A DNA stretch of 36,638 nt from a virus. The notes below the pieces were generated by a model. It worked only from the letters and a program-made list of their open reading frames with translations. It had not been told where the DNA came from and made no database searches. Positions 1 to 8,491 of this stretch are shown here, in pieces. Positions within the stretch are counted from its first letter, which is position 1; the number at the start of each line of letters is the position of its first letter. A program made the translations under genes and the position numbers. The stretch spans positions 1-36,638 of the IMG/VR virus record IMGVR_UViG_3300045988_010186; one strand, 5' to 3'.

Positions 1-55
1 GACCTCGCCCTTCTTGACAGCACCAGGCTGAGACATATCCGGCATATAAGTGGAA
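1..55. repeat. 55-bp terminal direct repeat, identical to 36584..36638; overlap of a circular or circularly permuted genome
   Basis: Bases 1-55 match 36584-36638 letter for letter. The capsid ORF stays in frame across the junction. Confidence 0.9.
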
Positions 56-912
56 ATCACGCTCGTGCCGGTAGGGGAAATGCCGTGGAAGCCATCAAGG
101 CCGATGCTAACAGCGTAAATGCTGGAAGTGCCAGCAGCAGTGGTAGACGCGGCGGAAGTGCCAATAACATCGACAGAAGAAGTGCCATTATAGTACTTGC
201 CCATGTCGAACATCGGGATGCCAGCGAACGTTTCAACAACACGGCCAAAATCGTCCTTCGTGCGCTCATAGTAGCCGACTCTACGAGCAGCAGCGCGAGC
301 TTTGAGCAGCATTTCGCCATTCATCAGCAGCATGGTCGCGTCGCCATCAAGCGCGTGAACAAGCTGGTCAAGCTGATCGACAAACGCATTAGCGTTGCTG
401 GTCACCTTCGCGGAATCGGACAGATCGATATCCGTCGTAAATTCGTTCGACGTGCCATTGAGCAGCTTTTTCAGGCCATCAAAAGTATTTGTGACATAGC
501 CAGCGCCGGAAGCAGCGGACGTGCCGTTAATAACAAGATTATGGAAATAGTTGCTCGTCGCCTTGATTTTCTGCTGGGCCTGGAAAGCAAGCTCGTCAAT
601 CGCGCCGGAAGTCTCCTGAAGCACACGGTCAACTTCGAAAGAACCGCCCATGATGACGGCCTTTGCGGTCTTTTCCTCACGCTTTGCTTCACCGGCGGTG
701 TACTCGCTGCCGATGGTTCGAACAGAAGCCGTGCTCGGGGTTTTAAGCTGGATATAACCATAAGTCAGCGTAGAACCGCCAGTGCCCGGAGAAATCGCGT
801 TATCAAACACGAGATTATCAAGCAGGAGGGAAGAACGTCTAAATTCGTCAACCACCATCTGATCAACGCGGTCAGCCATGCCAACCTTTGCTTCTTCAAG
901 AGTAATAGCCAT
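1..912 (-). CDS. Major capsid protein, N-terminal 304 codons; the ORF runs off the window start and continues at 36583..36497 (332 aa in total)
   Basis: ATG at 912 lies just downstream of the scaffold gene. I hand-translated every codon from 912 to 1 and found no stop (MAITLEEAKVGMADRVDQMVVDEF...VISTYMPDMSQPGAVKKGEV). It is missing from the ORF track because there is no stop inside the linear window. Position after the scaffold gene and size are typical of a siphovirus capsid gene. Confidence 0.8.
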   Translation of the reverse strand, partial: MAITLEEAKVGMADRVDQMVVDEFRRSSLLLDNLVFDNAISPGTGGSTLTYGYIQLKTPSTASVRTIGSEYTAGEAKREEKTAKAVIMGGSFEVDRVLQETSGAIDELAFQAQQKIKATSNYFHNLVINGTSAASGAGYVTNTFDGLKKLLNGTSNEFTTDIDLSDSAKVTSNANAFVDQLDQLVHALDGDATMLLMNGEMLLKARAAARRVGYYERTKDDFGRVVETFAGIPMFDMGKYYNGTSSVDVIGTSAASTTAAGTSSIYAVSIGLDGFHGISPTGTSVISTYMPDMSQPGAVKKGEV

Positions 913-919
913 AAATTAT

Positions 920-1489
920 TTATTCCTTTCGATCATATTTTTCGCGCAGAGCGTCTGCCAGCGTTTTCGGCGCATTCTTCGCGCCGTTGTTCGCGGGAGG
1001 GTTATCAACCTTCGCGCCGGTCGCAGTTTCAGTCACGATGAAATCAGCCCATTCGGTCTTGACGTTTTTAGACAGAGTGTCAACATCTTTGATATTTCCT
1101 TGCTCGTCAAGCTCCACACCGTCAACGTCCGAAACTTTCAGGACGCTATCAAGCCGCTTTTCGGAAATGCCTGCGTCTTTTAGCATTTTTCGATAAGCCG
1201 CCAGCTTCGCGCCATGCGTTTCCTTCGCGGTCTGCGCGTTCTTGTAACTTTCAAAATCTTCTTTCAGCGCATCATACTTCACCTTGTAGCTATCCTTGCC
1301 GTTTGCTTCAAGCTGTTTCTCGGTTTCATCCAGCTTTTTCTGAACGTCCGGCAGCTTATCCGCATCAGCCTTGTAGCCGTCGCGCTGCTCCTTTAGCGCG
1401 TCAACGGTTTCTGTGTGCGCTTCAATAATCTGGTCAATTTTTTCATCTTCAATGCCCATTGCTTTGAGCATCTTTCTGGTCAAACTCAT
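920..1489 (-). CDS. Capsid scaffolding protein (GP20-like)
   Basis: 189 aa, charged, coiled-coil-like, K/E/D-rich. It lies immediately upstream of the capsid gene. RBS GGAGG precedes the ATG. Confidence 0.75.
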   Translation of the reverse strand: MSLTRKMLKAMGIEDEKIDQIIEAHTETVDALKEQRDGYKADADKLPDVQKKLDETEKQLEANGKDSYKVKYDALKEDFESYKNAQTAKETHGAKLAAYRKMLKDAGISEKRLDSVLKVSDVDGVELDEQGNIKDVDTLSKNVKTEWADFIVTETATGAKVDNPPANNGAKNAPKTLADALREKYDRKE

Positions 1490-1554
1490 CTTGCAGTAAC
1501 CTCCATTTACTTCGGCGGCATTGCCCTGCCGTTAAATTACTGTTTGTTTATCTT

Positions 1555-1583
1555 ATTATACAGCCTGTAATATTTTTTGTCAA
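1555..1583 (-). promoter_or_regulatory. Consensus sigma70-type promoter (TTGACA-N17-TATAAT) upstream of the scaffold and capsid genes
   Basis: Minus strand reads TTGACA (1583-1578), a 17-nt spacer, then TATAAT (1560-1555). Confidence 0.6.
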
Positions 1584-1593
1584 ATGGTAGCTG

Positions 1594-1923
1594 TCATGCG
1601 TTTCTCATGCTTTCTTCCAGCAGACGCTTGTACTCGTCTGTGTGCTCAGTCGCAGCGCGTCTAAGCATATGATTCGCTTTTTGCTTTCGCGTTCCGTTCT
1701 CGACGAAAATCCCATAATTTACATTTGTGCCAACGTAAGCGGCGGGTTCTTCATTATCGACAGCGTGTGTCATGCTATTTCGAAGGCGGCCGGTTCTGAC
1801 AGGCGTATTGTCTTTCGCATACGTTTCCGCTTTCATACCAATTGCTTCAAACCCGCGGGCAAGCGCCTTTTTCATTGCGAAAAGCACCTCTTCGCTGTTG
1901 TCCTCGAAGATAACGCTGCTCAT
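1594..1923 (-). CDS. HK97 gp10-family neck/tail-completion-like protein
   Basis: 109 aa with the motifs PVRTGRLRNS and TNVNYGIFVENGT, typical of the HK97 gp10 family. ATGA overlap with the upstream gene. Confidence 0.65.
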   Translation of the reverse strand: MSSVIFEDNSEEVLFAMKKALARGFEAIGMKAETYAKDNTPVRTGRLRNSMTHAVDNEEPAAYVGTNVNYGIFVENGTRKQKANHMLRRAATEHTDEYKRLLEESMRNA

Positions 1924-2837
1924 CGTCTACCAACCTTTCTAAAGCCGATAATTTCATATCCCAGACTGCAACGGCAGTTATATACATTCGCGCCGCTTGC
2001 ATTCGGGTCACCAGGAAACATGATTTCGCCAATAAAATTTACAAACGGTTCATCCTGTTTGGCTAGAGCGCCATCTAGTTCCGCGTGCCACTCTCGGGTG
2101 CGATTGTCTTTTGTTGCAATCCATCTCTTTTGTGCTTCGATCCCATCATCATTCGCACGTTTGAGCATATCCATCCGGCCTTTATTCTCCGCTCCCGTGA
2201 CCATTGTTCTCGCGTTTCTGATAGCCGATTCAGCGTTCATATGCTCGACCTTTTGCAGCCGATTGGCAATCTCCGGCATACTTTCACCCTGCAAAATCCC
2301 TTGCAGCACCTCAGAATTCATTTTTTTGGTATTCCATCGCTTGTCTTTGGCGACATCCAATTTTCTCGTCGGCAAAAGTGATTTATCGGATTTGATAAGA
2401 TTTGCAACCGTGCCAGCGTCAACAAGTTCAAACGTATATTTCGGCACTTCGCGCGCGATTTGGTTGCCGAAAAAGTTGTAGTTGGTAGCGTAAGTTTTTG
2501 GAAGTTCACCATTGATGTAAGCAACCGCCATTTCGTTTACCTGTGACAGCTCTTTCGCAGTGCGTTCAACCATTCGCTTGTAATTGTCGTTCATCAAGGT
2601 CTGCTCTCGCTGTGCAGACGCGAGCGCCTTTCCGGCTTTTTTGATTGCATCTTTATCGCCTGATTTTTTAGCCGCGTCATACGCATCCTGCAAAGGCTTG
2701 ATTTTTTCAGCTGATTCCGACATATATTTATTCCAAGACTTTTGCACTTCAACGTGTGCGCGCGAGTAGATACCACGGAGCTTGCGCTCCATGGCATCTA
2801 ACTGTTTATCCGTTTTCCTATGCGCGTAATCTGGCAT
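1920..2837 (-). CDS. Head morphogenesis / minor capsid protein (Mu F / SPP1 gp7 family)
   Basis: 305 aa. C-terminal motif WIATKDNRTREWHAELDG...NVYNCRCSL is characteristic of Phage_Mu_F. Confidence 0.85.
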   Translation of the reverse strand: MPDYAHRKTDKQLDAMERKLRGIYSRAHVEVQKSWNKYMSESAEKIKPLQDAYDAAKKSGDKDAIKKAGKALASAQREQTLMNDNYKRMVERTAKELSQVNEMAVAYINGELPKTYATNYNFFGNQIAREVPKYTFELVDAGTVANLIKSDKSLLPTRKLDVAKDKRWNTKKMNSEVLQGILQGESMPEIANRLQKVEHMNAESAIRNARTMVTGAENKGRMDMLKRANDDGIEAQKRWIATKDNRTREWHAELDGALAKQDEPFVNFIGEIMFPGDPNASGANVYNCRCSLGYEIIGFRKVGRR

Positions 2838-2942
2838 TTATTTCACGCCCATTCTTCGTCGGTGTATATATGCATCAATGTTCCAGCGCGGCCGCGTGCG
2901 CCCGGCGTGGTAATTGGCCGTGTTGCAAGCAATAAATTCCAT
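2838..2942 (-). pseudogene. Decayed copy of the endolysin (amidase) 5' end plus its RBS
   Basis: The 34-codon ORF MEFIACNTANYHAGRTRP... matches the endolysin N-terminus MEFIACNSDNYRSGRTRP.... By hand alignment, about 46 of 55 nt are identical between 2888-2942 and 29054-29108. Similarity then continues with indels and a frame loss. Confidence 0.8.
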
Positions 2943-2956
2943 ATTCCGTCGCCTCC

Positions 2957-4846
2957 TTATTCGATTGGTTCGTCGAGCGTTACAATGAGATTTGCCCCTT
3001 TGCCTTTGGCCGACACTCTGAAGTAAGCAGCGCCCTGCGGGGGCGCGACATTGATATCCGTAGTAAACGCCACTGCTGCGTTTGGGTCGTCAATTTTTGT
3101 CGGGTAATATATGCTTTTCCCAAGATGGTCATAGCTTAATACACTACCCTTCAACGAGAAATCAGCCTTGTACCATGCAATGCGAGAACCGTATTCGTTC
3201 CATTTGATACCATCGCCGCCGATACGATATGTATGGCTTGCACCGCCATTGAACGGTATAAACCCTGTGGTTACAAAGCTGGGGTTGTCGGAAATCACGC
3301 CGCTGGAGCTGAGCATTTTGCCGTCCGTATACGGAGCAGACGCCCCCGAACTGTCCACTGCCGTAGGCACGAGATTGTGATAAGATACCTCCTTTGTAGC
3401 CTTTGCGGTAATCACGACATCGCCCGTAACCGCCGCTATGCTGATGACGCCCGTGTCGGCGTTGTAAGCCGTGGCCGTAATATCCGTGCCGCCCATTGTG
3501 ACGGTGACACTGCTCATGTTGTACCCGCCTGCCGCCGTGATAGTGGCACTGTATGCAGTTCCATCCTCTGCGGCTACCGCCTCGTTGCTGGTGGTGACGT
3601 TGGTCAGGGCGTTGGTTATGCTGTGATAAACCGTCGCGGCATAGCCGATTGTGCGATCAATGCCCGCGCCATAGCAAAAGGAGTACAAGACCTGCTCTGA
3701 GGGATTTATGACATTGACATTGAAAGCCGTGTCTTTTCCCGTTCCCGCTGTCTTGTCATACGGGGCAGGATCCCCAAAGGATATTCCGTTCATGGTGACG
3801 ACCCCGCTGTTGTTTCGGTAGAAGCATGCGTTTGGTGTACACATACGCCATGCGTCAAACTCCGCTCCCTGTCCGTTTGCAACGCTGTGCAGTTTTCCGT
3901 ACTGGTAACAGTGGTTATGCCCATGAACGTTCATGACAAACTTCGCGGCATTGTGCCCGCTGAAATTAACCGTCACGCCGTTCTGCGTGGTGCTTTCCCC
4001 CGCGACATAAGCTTTGACGATGTTCCCTGCCGGATATGCGCCGCCCAAGTCCAGTGGGTAGTGTCCGAGAACTATAATTCCCCATTGAGCCGCATCTGCC
4101 TTGCTGCCGACGGCGTGAAGTGTCTGGGCGAACCACAGCAGCTGCTCTGGAGAGCAACAGTATGCAGCGCTCTCGCCGCTCACTGTCTCGCCCTCGCAGG
4201 TGTTCAGGCAGATAACACGTAGTTTTTTATCCGGGAAGTCACGATAGCAGTATCCATACTCTTCACTGCCATACACAGCACCTTCGTTGTACTTCCAGAT
4301 ATTGTTTTTCAGAAATTCCGCTCCGACGAGCGTGCTGTATTCGCCGGTATCATGGTTTCCTACCGTCCGAAATTGAGGAATACCCTTGTACGCCTCGTCA
4401 AGCCATCCGTTGATTTGGTCAAACTGCTGCTGCATCAGCTTGATCGTAGTTTTGGCATTGCCAAAAGTCACATCGCCAAGCATGACCGCGAAGTCAATCT
4501 GCGGAAGGCTATAAGATAGCACCTTAAGCGCTTGGCAAGCGTGCAGGTTGCCTGCGTTGATGTTCGTCTGCCAGTTGTCTACCTGCGGCCCCGTGTGGTG
4601 GAAGTCGGAGATTGCAAGAAACACAATGCTGTCATCCTGCAACACCGCCTTAACCTTTTCCGCCACCGTCAGCGCCTCCGCCTTTACATATCGGGGGATG
4701 TCGGCGTGGACGATCTGGTCGCCGGTCGTAATGCCTCTCACAGCGCTGCCCATCTGCGCGACTTTGTATTTCGTTGCAGTGCCGTTTTTCGCGCGGATGG
4801 CGGCGGCGATGTCCTGTACGGCGGTTTCTTCGTAGAGCTTTTTCAT
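2957..4846 (-). CDS. Fibre/receptor-binding-like protein: N-terminal anchor, metallophosphoesterase domain, Ig-like domain and C-terminal sugar-binding-like domain
   Basis: 629 aa. Calcineurin-like motifs are present (SDFHH, GDVTFGN, GNHD, VLGHYP, HGHNH). The Ig-like segment reads ...YSATITAAGGYNMSSVTVTMGGTDIT...VTGDVVITAKA. The C-terminal ~135 aa is beta-rich. Confidence 0.6.
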   Translation of the reverse strand: MKKLYEETAVQDIAAAIRAKNGTATKYKVAQMGSAVRGITTGDQIVHADIPRYVKAEALTVAEKVKAVLQDDSIVFLAISDFHHTGPQVDNWQTNINAGNLHACQALKVLSYSLPQIDFAVMLGDVTFGNAKTTIKLMQQQFDQINGWLDEAYKGIPQFRTVGNHDTGEYSTLVGAEFLKNNIWKYNEGAVYGSEEYGYCYRDFPDKKLRVICLNTCEGETVSGESAAYCCSPEQLLWFAQTLHAVGSKADAAQWGIIVLGHYPLDLGGAYPAGNIVKAYVAGESTTQNGVTVNFSGHNAAKFVMNVHGHNHCYQYGKLHSVANGQGAEFDAWRMCTPNACFYRNNSGVVTMNGISFGDPAPYDKTAGTGKDTAFNVNVINPSEQVLYSFCYGAGIDRTIGYAATVYHSITNALTNVTTSNEAVAAEDGTAYSATITAAGGYNMSSVTVTMGGTDITATAYNADTGVISIAAVTGDVVITAKATKEVSYHNLVPTAVDSSGASAPYTDGKMLSSSGVISDNPSFVTTGFIPFNGGASHTYRIGGDGIKWNEYGSRIAWYKADFSLKGSVLSYDHLGKSIYYPTKIDDPNAAVAFTTDINVAPPQGAAYFRVSAKGKGANLIVTLDEPIE

Positions 4847-4847
4847 C

Positions 4848-5786
4848 TCAATAGCTCACCTCCGTGCCATCAGGCAGGGCGGCTATGACGCTGTTGACAA
4901 TCTCCTGCTTATCAGCTGCCGTCCAATAGTCCGTGCCTCTGACAGGGGTCTTGCCGGTCTTGCCGGGGTCACCCTTTGCGCCGTCCTCGACCGTGGCAAT
5001 GGCTGCGCCGTCCACGCTGATTGTCGTTGTCTTGCCGGACTTAGTGGCCGTTACCACCGGGCTGTGGCCGTCTTTGCCGGGCACGCCAGCAGGGCCGGTT
5101 GCACCAGCAGCCCCCGGTTTGCCATCGGTGCCGTCTTTGCCCGGTGCTCCGGTTGCTCCGCGCGATGGCTTGCCTGTATCGGTGCTGCCAACGTACCAAT
5201 TGCCATTGTCACCGATGTGCGGCGTAACGCCGTCCGCACCAGCAGCCCCCGGTTTGCCATCCGCACCCTTGAGGTCTGCCACGGCGATAAGGTTTGTCCA
5301 CGTGCTGCCGCCGTCCGTGCTGTACTGGATGTAGCCGTCCGCAACGCGAAAGTCCATGCTTCCCGCGCCGCCTGTCCGTGCCACCTCATTGATAGCAGCC
5401 ACCAGCGTGTCCTTTGCCTCGGTCGTCAGGTCGGCAAGATCACCAATCTGCTTTTGCAGGTCATCCAAAGTTTTCTGGTCTACAGGTGTAAACACATAGT
5501 CCGACGGCTTGTTACGCCTATTGACTTCAAAAGTCTTTTCGATTTTTGTATAGCCATCATCTGGATTCCCAGACCACGCAAAAACAACCAACGGGGAGCA
5601 GGATTGCAAAAGCCTATCCGGGATGATTGCAAAACCGCCAGACACATCAACGTCAATCGTGCGCCCATAAAACCGATTCTGATAATGCACCTGTTTGATG
5701 GTTTCATCATCAACTACGACTTTGCGGCTCGTGTCCCACTGATACAGTTCGCCGCGACCGTCCGCAAGTTTAATCGTTGCCATCAT
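4848..5786 (-). CDS. Collagen-like (G-X-Y repeat) fibre protein
   Basis: 312 aa. G-X-Y runs occur at aa 174-186 and 210-241 (GATGAPGKDGTDGKPGAAGATGPAGVPGKDG). The motif IGDNGNWYVG is common in phage fibres. RBS GAGGTGAG is present. Confidence 0.75.
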   Translation of the reverse strand: MMATIKLADGRGELYQWDTSRKVVVDDETIKQVHYQNRFYGRTIDVDVSGGFAIIPDRLLQSCSPLVVFAWSGNPDDGYTKIEKTFEVNRRNKPSDYVFTPVDQKTLDDLQKQIGDLADLTTEAKDTLVAAINEVARTGGAGSMDFRVADGYIQYSTDGGSTWTNLIAVADLKGADGKPGAAGADGVTPHIGDNGNWYVGSTDTGKPSRGATGAPGKDGTDGKPGAAGATGPAGVPGKDGHSPVVTATKSGKTTTISVDGAAIATVEDGAKGDPGKTGKTPVRGTDYWTAADKQEIVNSVIAALPDGTEVSY

Positions 5787-7206
5787 CGCTCACCTCGTCT
5801 TCTTCGCTTTCCGGTGCAAATCTCTCGGTTTCCTCATTACGCTTGCGCTTGATAATCTCGTCAATCTGCTCGCCGAGGCCGAGAATAAAGCAAAGTTGCT
5901 CTGTAACAGTTTCATCATCGAGATATTCAGCCGCGGATAAAATCATGTTGATTTCTTCGCTTTGGTTAATGATTTTCGAGCGTTTGAAGCTAACCTCGTC
6001 TTCGATTCCGGCGATTGCAAGAATCTTTTGCACAAAATCAATCACGCAATATTCGTACATGTCCGCCTTGCTGTCAAGCGGCTGGTAAGCTGCGCGAATT
6101 TCAGTTGCCGTTTTCGCCGCAGATGACAAATCGGCAACATTTAGGCACTGAAAATCTTCGTACAGCCTTGTTTTGATTGTGGAAATCGCCGTGTCGGAAG
6201 CCTGGAACGGTGTTTCAACCGTGTGTGCTTCAACCTTTGCCCCGCCGCTCCCGTCACCATCAACGTGGGCGACGTGAACGGTTTTCATGCGCTCGATGAA
6301 TTTTTGATCGTCCTCGTCGTCCATCCCGCCGCAGTTTGTGATTGCCCAGTAAATGTAATTTCCCTCGTCCACATTGTTGACAAGGTTACTATTCAGCAGG
6401 TCAAAGGCATCAAGCGTTCCCTGCCGTCCAACAAGCTCTGACTGCTTTTTGTCGTTACCATAAAGCGGGACAATCGGGAACGCCGGATAATTATCGCCTT
6501 CAAACACTTCGGTGTTGTCCGCAGCGTCCTTCGCATCTCCACGACGTTTAATGATATAAGGTCGCTTCCCACCATCATCGGCGGATTTAATTTCCGCTCC
6601 ATTCTGCGCGACGTAATCCGTGTATCCATCGATTTCATACAGTGTCGCTCTGAGCGGCTTATCTTCCGCCACCTGCCACCAGCGGATACCAGCTTTCAAC
6701 GCGCCGTCCATTTCGTCATACAGCGGCACAAATTCTGTCAGCGAGAACACATCCAAATGGTCATAATTCCAAAAGCCGAAAGACACGCCACCGATAAGCG
6801 CCTCTTTCCCCGCCTTTTGCAACTGGCTATCAAATTCATAGCGATTGCTATGAATTTCTTTCTCTCCGCCAGAAAGCCGCTGCTTCGTGTCGCTCTTGCC
6901 AAACATCGCGCCATTGCCAAGAAGATACTGGTTTTCCTGTGTTACCGCGAAATTAAAAAAGTTTGATGCAATCTTGTGATTCGCGCTCCATGCATCTGCG
7001 TGAGCCTTGCCCCGAAGATCATAAAGCACCTTCTGATAATGCATGATTTTCGGGTTCAATCCGCGATAGTATTGCTCTGCCAGCGATGCAGTTTTATACG
7101 CAAAGCTGCTTTTGTGCTCCCCGATCGCCCCCAAAATGAAGCCCATCCGCGCCGCTTCATTATTGCCGAGCGCGGTCAAGTCCTGATACGTCTTTATGTT
7201 TACCAC
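5770..7206 (-). CDS. Portal protein (SPP1 gp6-like)
   Basis: 478 aa, directly after terL. It has an acidic C-terminus and an overall SPP1-family portal look (...YYRGLNPKIM...NHKIASNFF...). Confidence 0.85.
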   Translation of the reverse strand: MVNIKTYQDLTALGNNEAARMGFILGAIGEHKSSFAYKTASLAEQYYRGLNPKIMHYQKVLYDLRGKAHADAWSANHKIASNFFNFAVTQENQYLLGNGAMFGKSDTKQRLSGGEKEIHSNRYEFDSQLQKAGKEALIGGVSFGFWNYDHLDVFSLTEFVPLYDEMDGALKAGIRWWQVAEDKPLRATLYEIDGYTDYVAQNGAEIKSADDGGKRPYIIKRRGDAKDAADNTEVFEGDNYPAFPIVPLYGNDKKQSELVGRQGTLDAFDLLNSNLVNNVDEGNYIYWAITNCGGMDDEDDQKFIERMKTVHVAHVDGDGSGGAKVEAHTVETPFQASDTAISTIKTRLYEDFQCLNVADLSSAAKTATEIRAAYQPLDSKADMYEYCVIDFVQKILAIAGIEDEVSFKRSKIINQSEEINMILSAAEYLDDETVTEQLCFILGLGEQIDEIIKRKRNEETERFAPESEEDEVSDDGND

Positions 7207-7210
7207 CCCG

Positions 7211-8484
7211 TTAACTCAAAATGGATTGATATTTTTCTACCGTGCTGTTCTTTCTCCACAGCCGCCGCACCTGACTTGCCACGCTGTCGGGCGCATCATC
7301 GTGCTCCGCGTTCTCGTTGTAATCGCAAATCTGGTCGATAAATTCTTTATCAGTCCCGCTGACGAAATAAACGTTGTTCCATTCAGCTTTCAGATACGAC
7401 GTGATTTTCAAAAACTTATTCATGTTTTCATGATAAGTTACCGCTCGTTCACCACGCTTGCGCAGTTCTTTCGCCAAATATCCTTTATCGCCATTATCTT
7501 CGCAGTAGATTTTACCAGCATTAAAACTTTTCCGCAAGGCCTGTATCTCGTCGAGACAGTCATCCACGTGTTTACGCCACAAGCGCCCGTAAAAATAGTA
7601 ATTGCCATCGCGCTTTGACACGATGGTAAATGCGGTATAATCCTCTCCGCCGTATGCAGCATCGATGTGGCAATCCCCCTGTTCAACCAGCGCGGGGTCA
7701 CAATCAGTGCGCGGGTTGTCAAAGATAACATCCTCCGAGGCAATGTGACGAAGCTCATAGTTTGCCGCAAAGAGTGAAGCGGTCATTTTTTCTCGGATTT
7801 CCGCTATTTCCGCGTCGGTCATCAAACCAGTGGAATAGCAGTCATATTTCTCCGGGTTTGGCATTAGCGAAAATGCATCGGACTGATGCCAAGGCGTGCC
7901 AGTGTTGAATATTCTCCCGCCACGGTTGATGATGTTCCGCAGTTCTTGATAAATCAGCTTCGTTCGGTCGCGTTCAGCCTTTGAAATGCGGTCTTGCACA
8001 TTGACAATATCATCAGTAAAAATCCGGTCAAAGTGTTTGCCGGTTAGAGAACCGCCCATGCCAAGCCCAACAAGCTGAGATGTGCCGCGAATATCTGTTG
8101 GCAGGTTGGTGCTTATCTCGTTTGCCGTTGCCGTTGTCAGTCTCAAATCACAGCCATAAATGCACTGGACAAAATACCGCATCTGCTGGCTTTGTAGGAT
8201 TTTCTTGACCTGTGAAATGACCTCTTTTATATCGTTGTCTGTCTTCCTCATAAACAGCGTTTTGCAGTTTGGAAGCAATACCATAATCAGAGACAGGGCG
8301 ATAGAAACACAAGTTGTCTTGTAGGAACCTAACCACGGTGAGCCTGCAACGTTTTATCCTCTTTTCCTCTAACCATATCAATAATCCAGCCGTTGTGCAA
8401 TTCCGTCAGCCTTGTAAAGCCGACAATATGACCGAATTTATATGGGCTGTTCAAAAGGAAATCAACTGCATCTTTTCTCACCAT
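7211..8484 (-). CDS. terL: Terminase large subunit, interrupted by a -1 frame change at ~8329-8335
   Basis: A 51-codon N-terminal ORF (8484..8329, MVRKDAVDFLLNSPYKFGHIVGFTRLTELHNGWIIDMVRGKEDKTLQAHRG*) has a strong RBS (AGGAGG). The main body, in another frame, is open from ...PWLGSYKTTCVSIALSLIMVLLPN and continues through the 357-aa track ORF. The P-loop-like RG(L)GSYKTT spans the break. Confidence 0.8.
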
Positions 8485-8491
8485 ATTTTAA

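Noticed and set aside
1-55. Terminal repeat interpreted as a biological direct terminal repeat, cos site or att site.
   Set aside because: An exactly 55-bp overlap lying inside the capsid coding sequence is most simply an assembler k-mer overlap of a circular contig. No integrase is present to support an att site.
85-1041. 318-aa plus-strand ORF at the window start.
   Set aside because: It is antisense to the fully open capsid gene. It has a low-complexity Ser/Ala/Arg composition and no RBS, so it is a typical shadow ORF.
1642-2481. 279-aa plus-strand ORF. Other long plus-strand ORFs are similar (5064..5852, 15449..16213, 20282..21046, 20727..21599, 31118..31705, 34771..35538).
   Set aside because: All are antisense to well-supported minus-strand genes with recognisable motifs. 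They lack RBSs and have odd composition.
8329-8331. In-frame TAG in terL as evidence for stop-codon reassignment.
   Set aside because: Reading through the TAG in the same frame gives unrelated sequence and a TGA 15 codons later. The homologous continuation is in the -1 frame. All other genes end normally with TAA, TAG or TGA.
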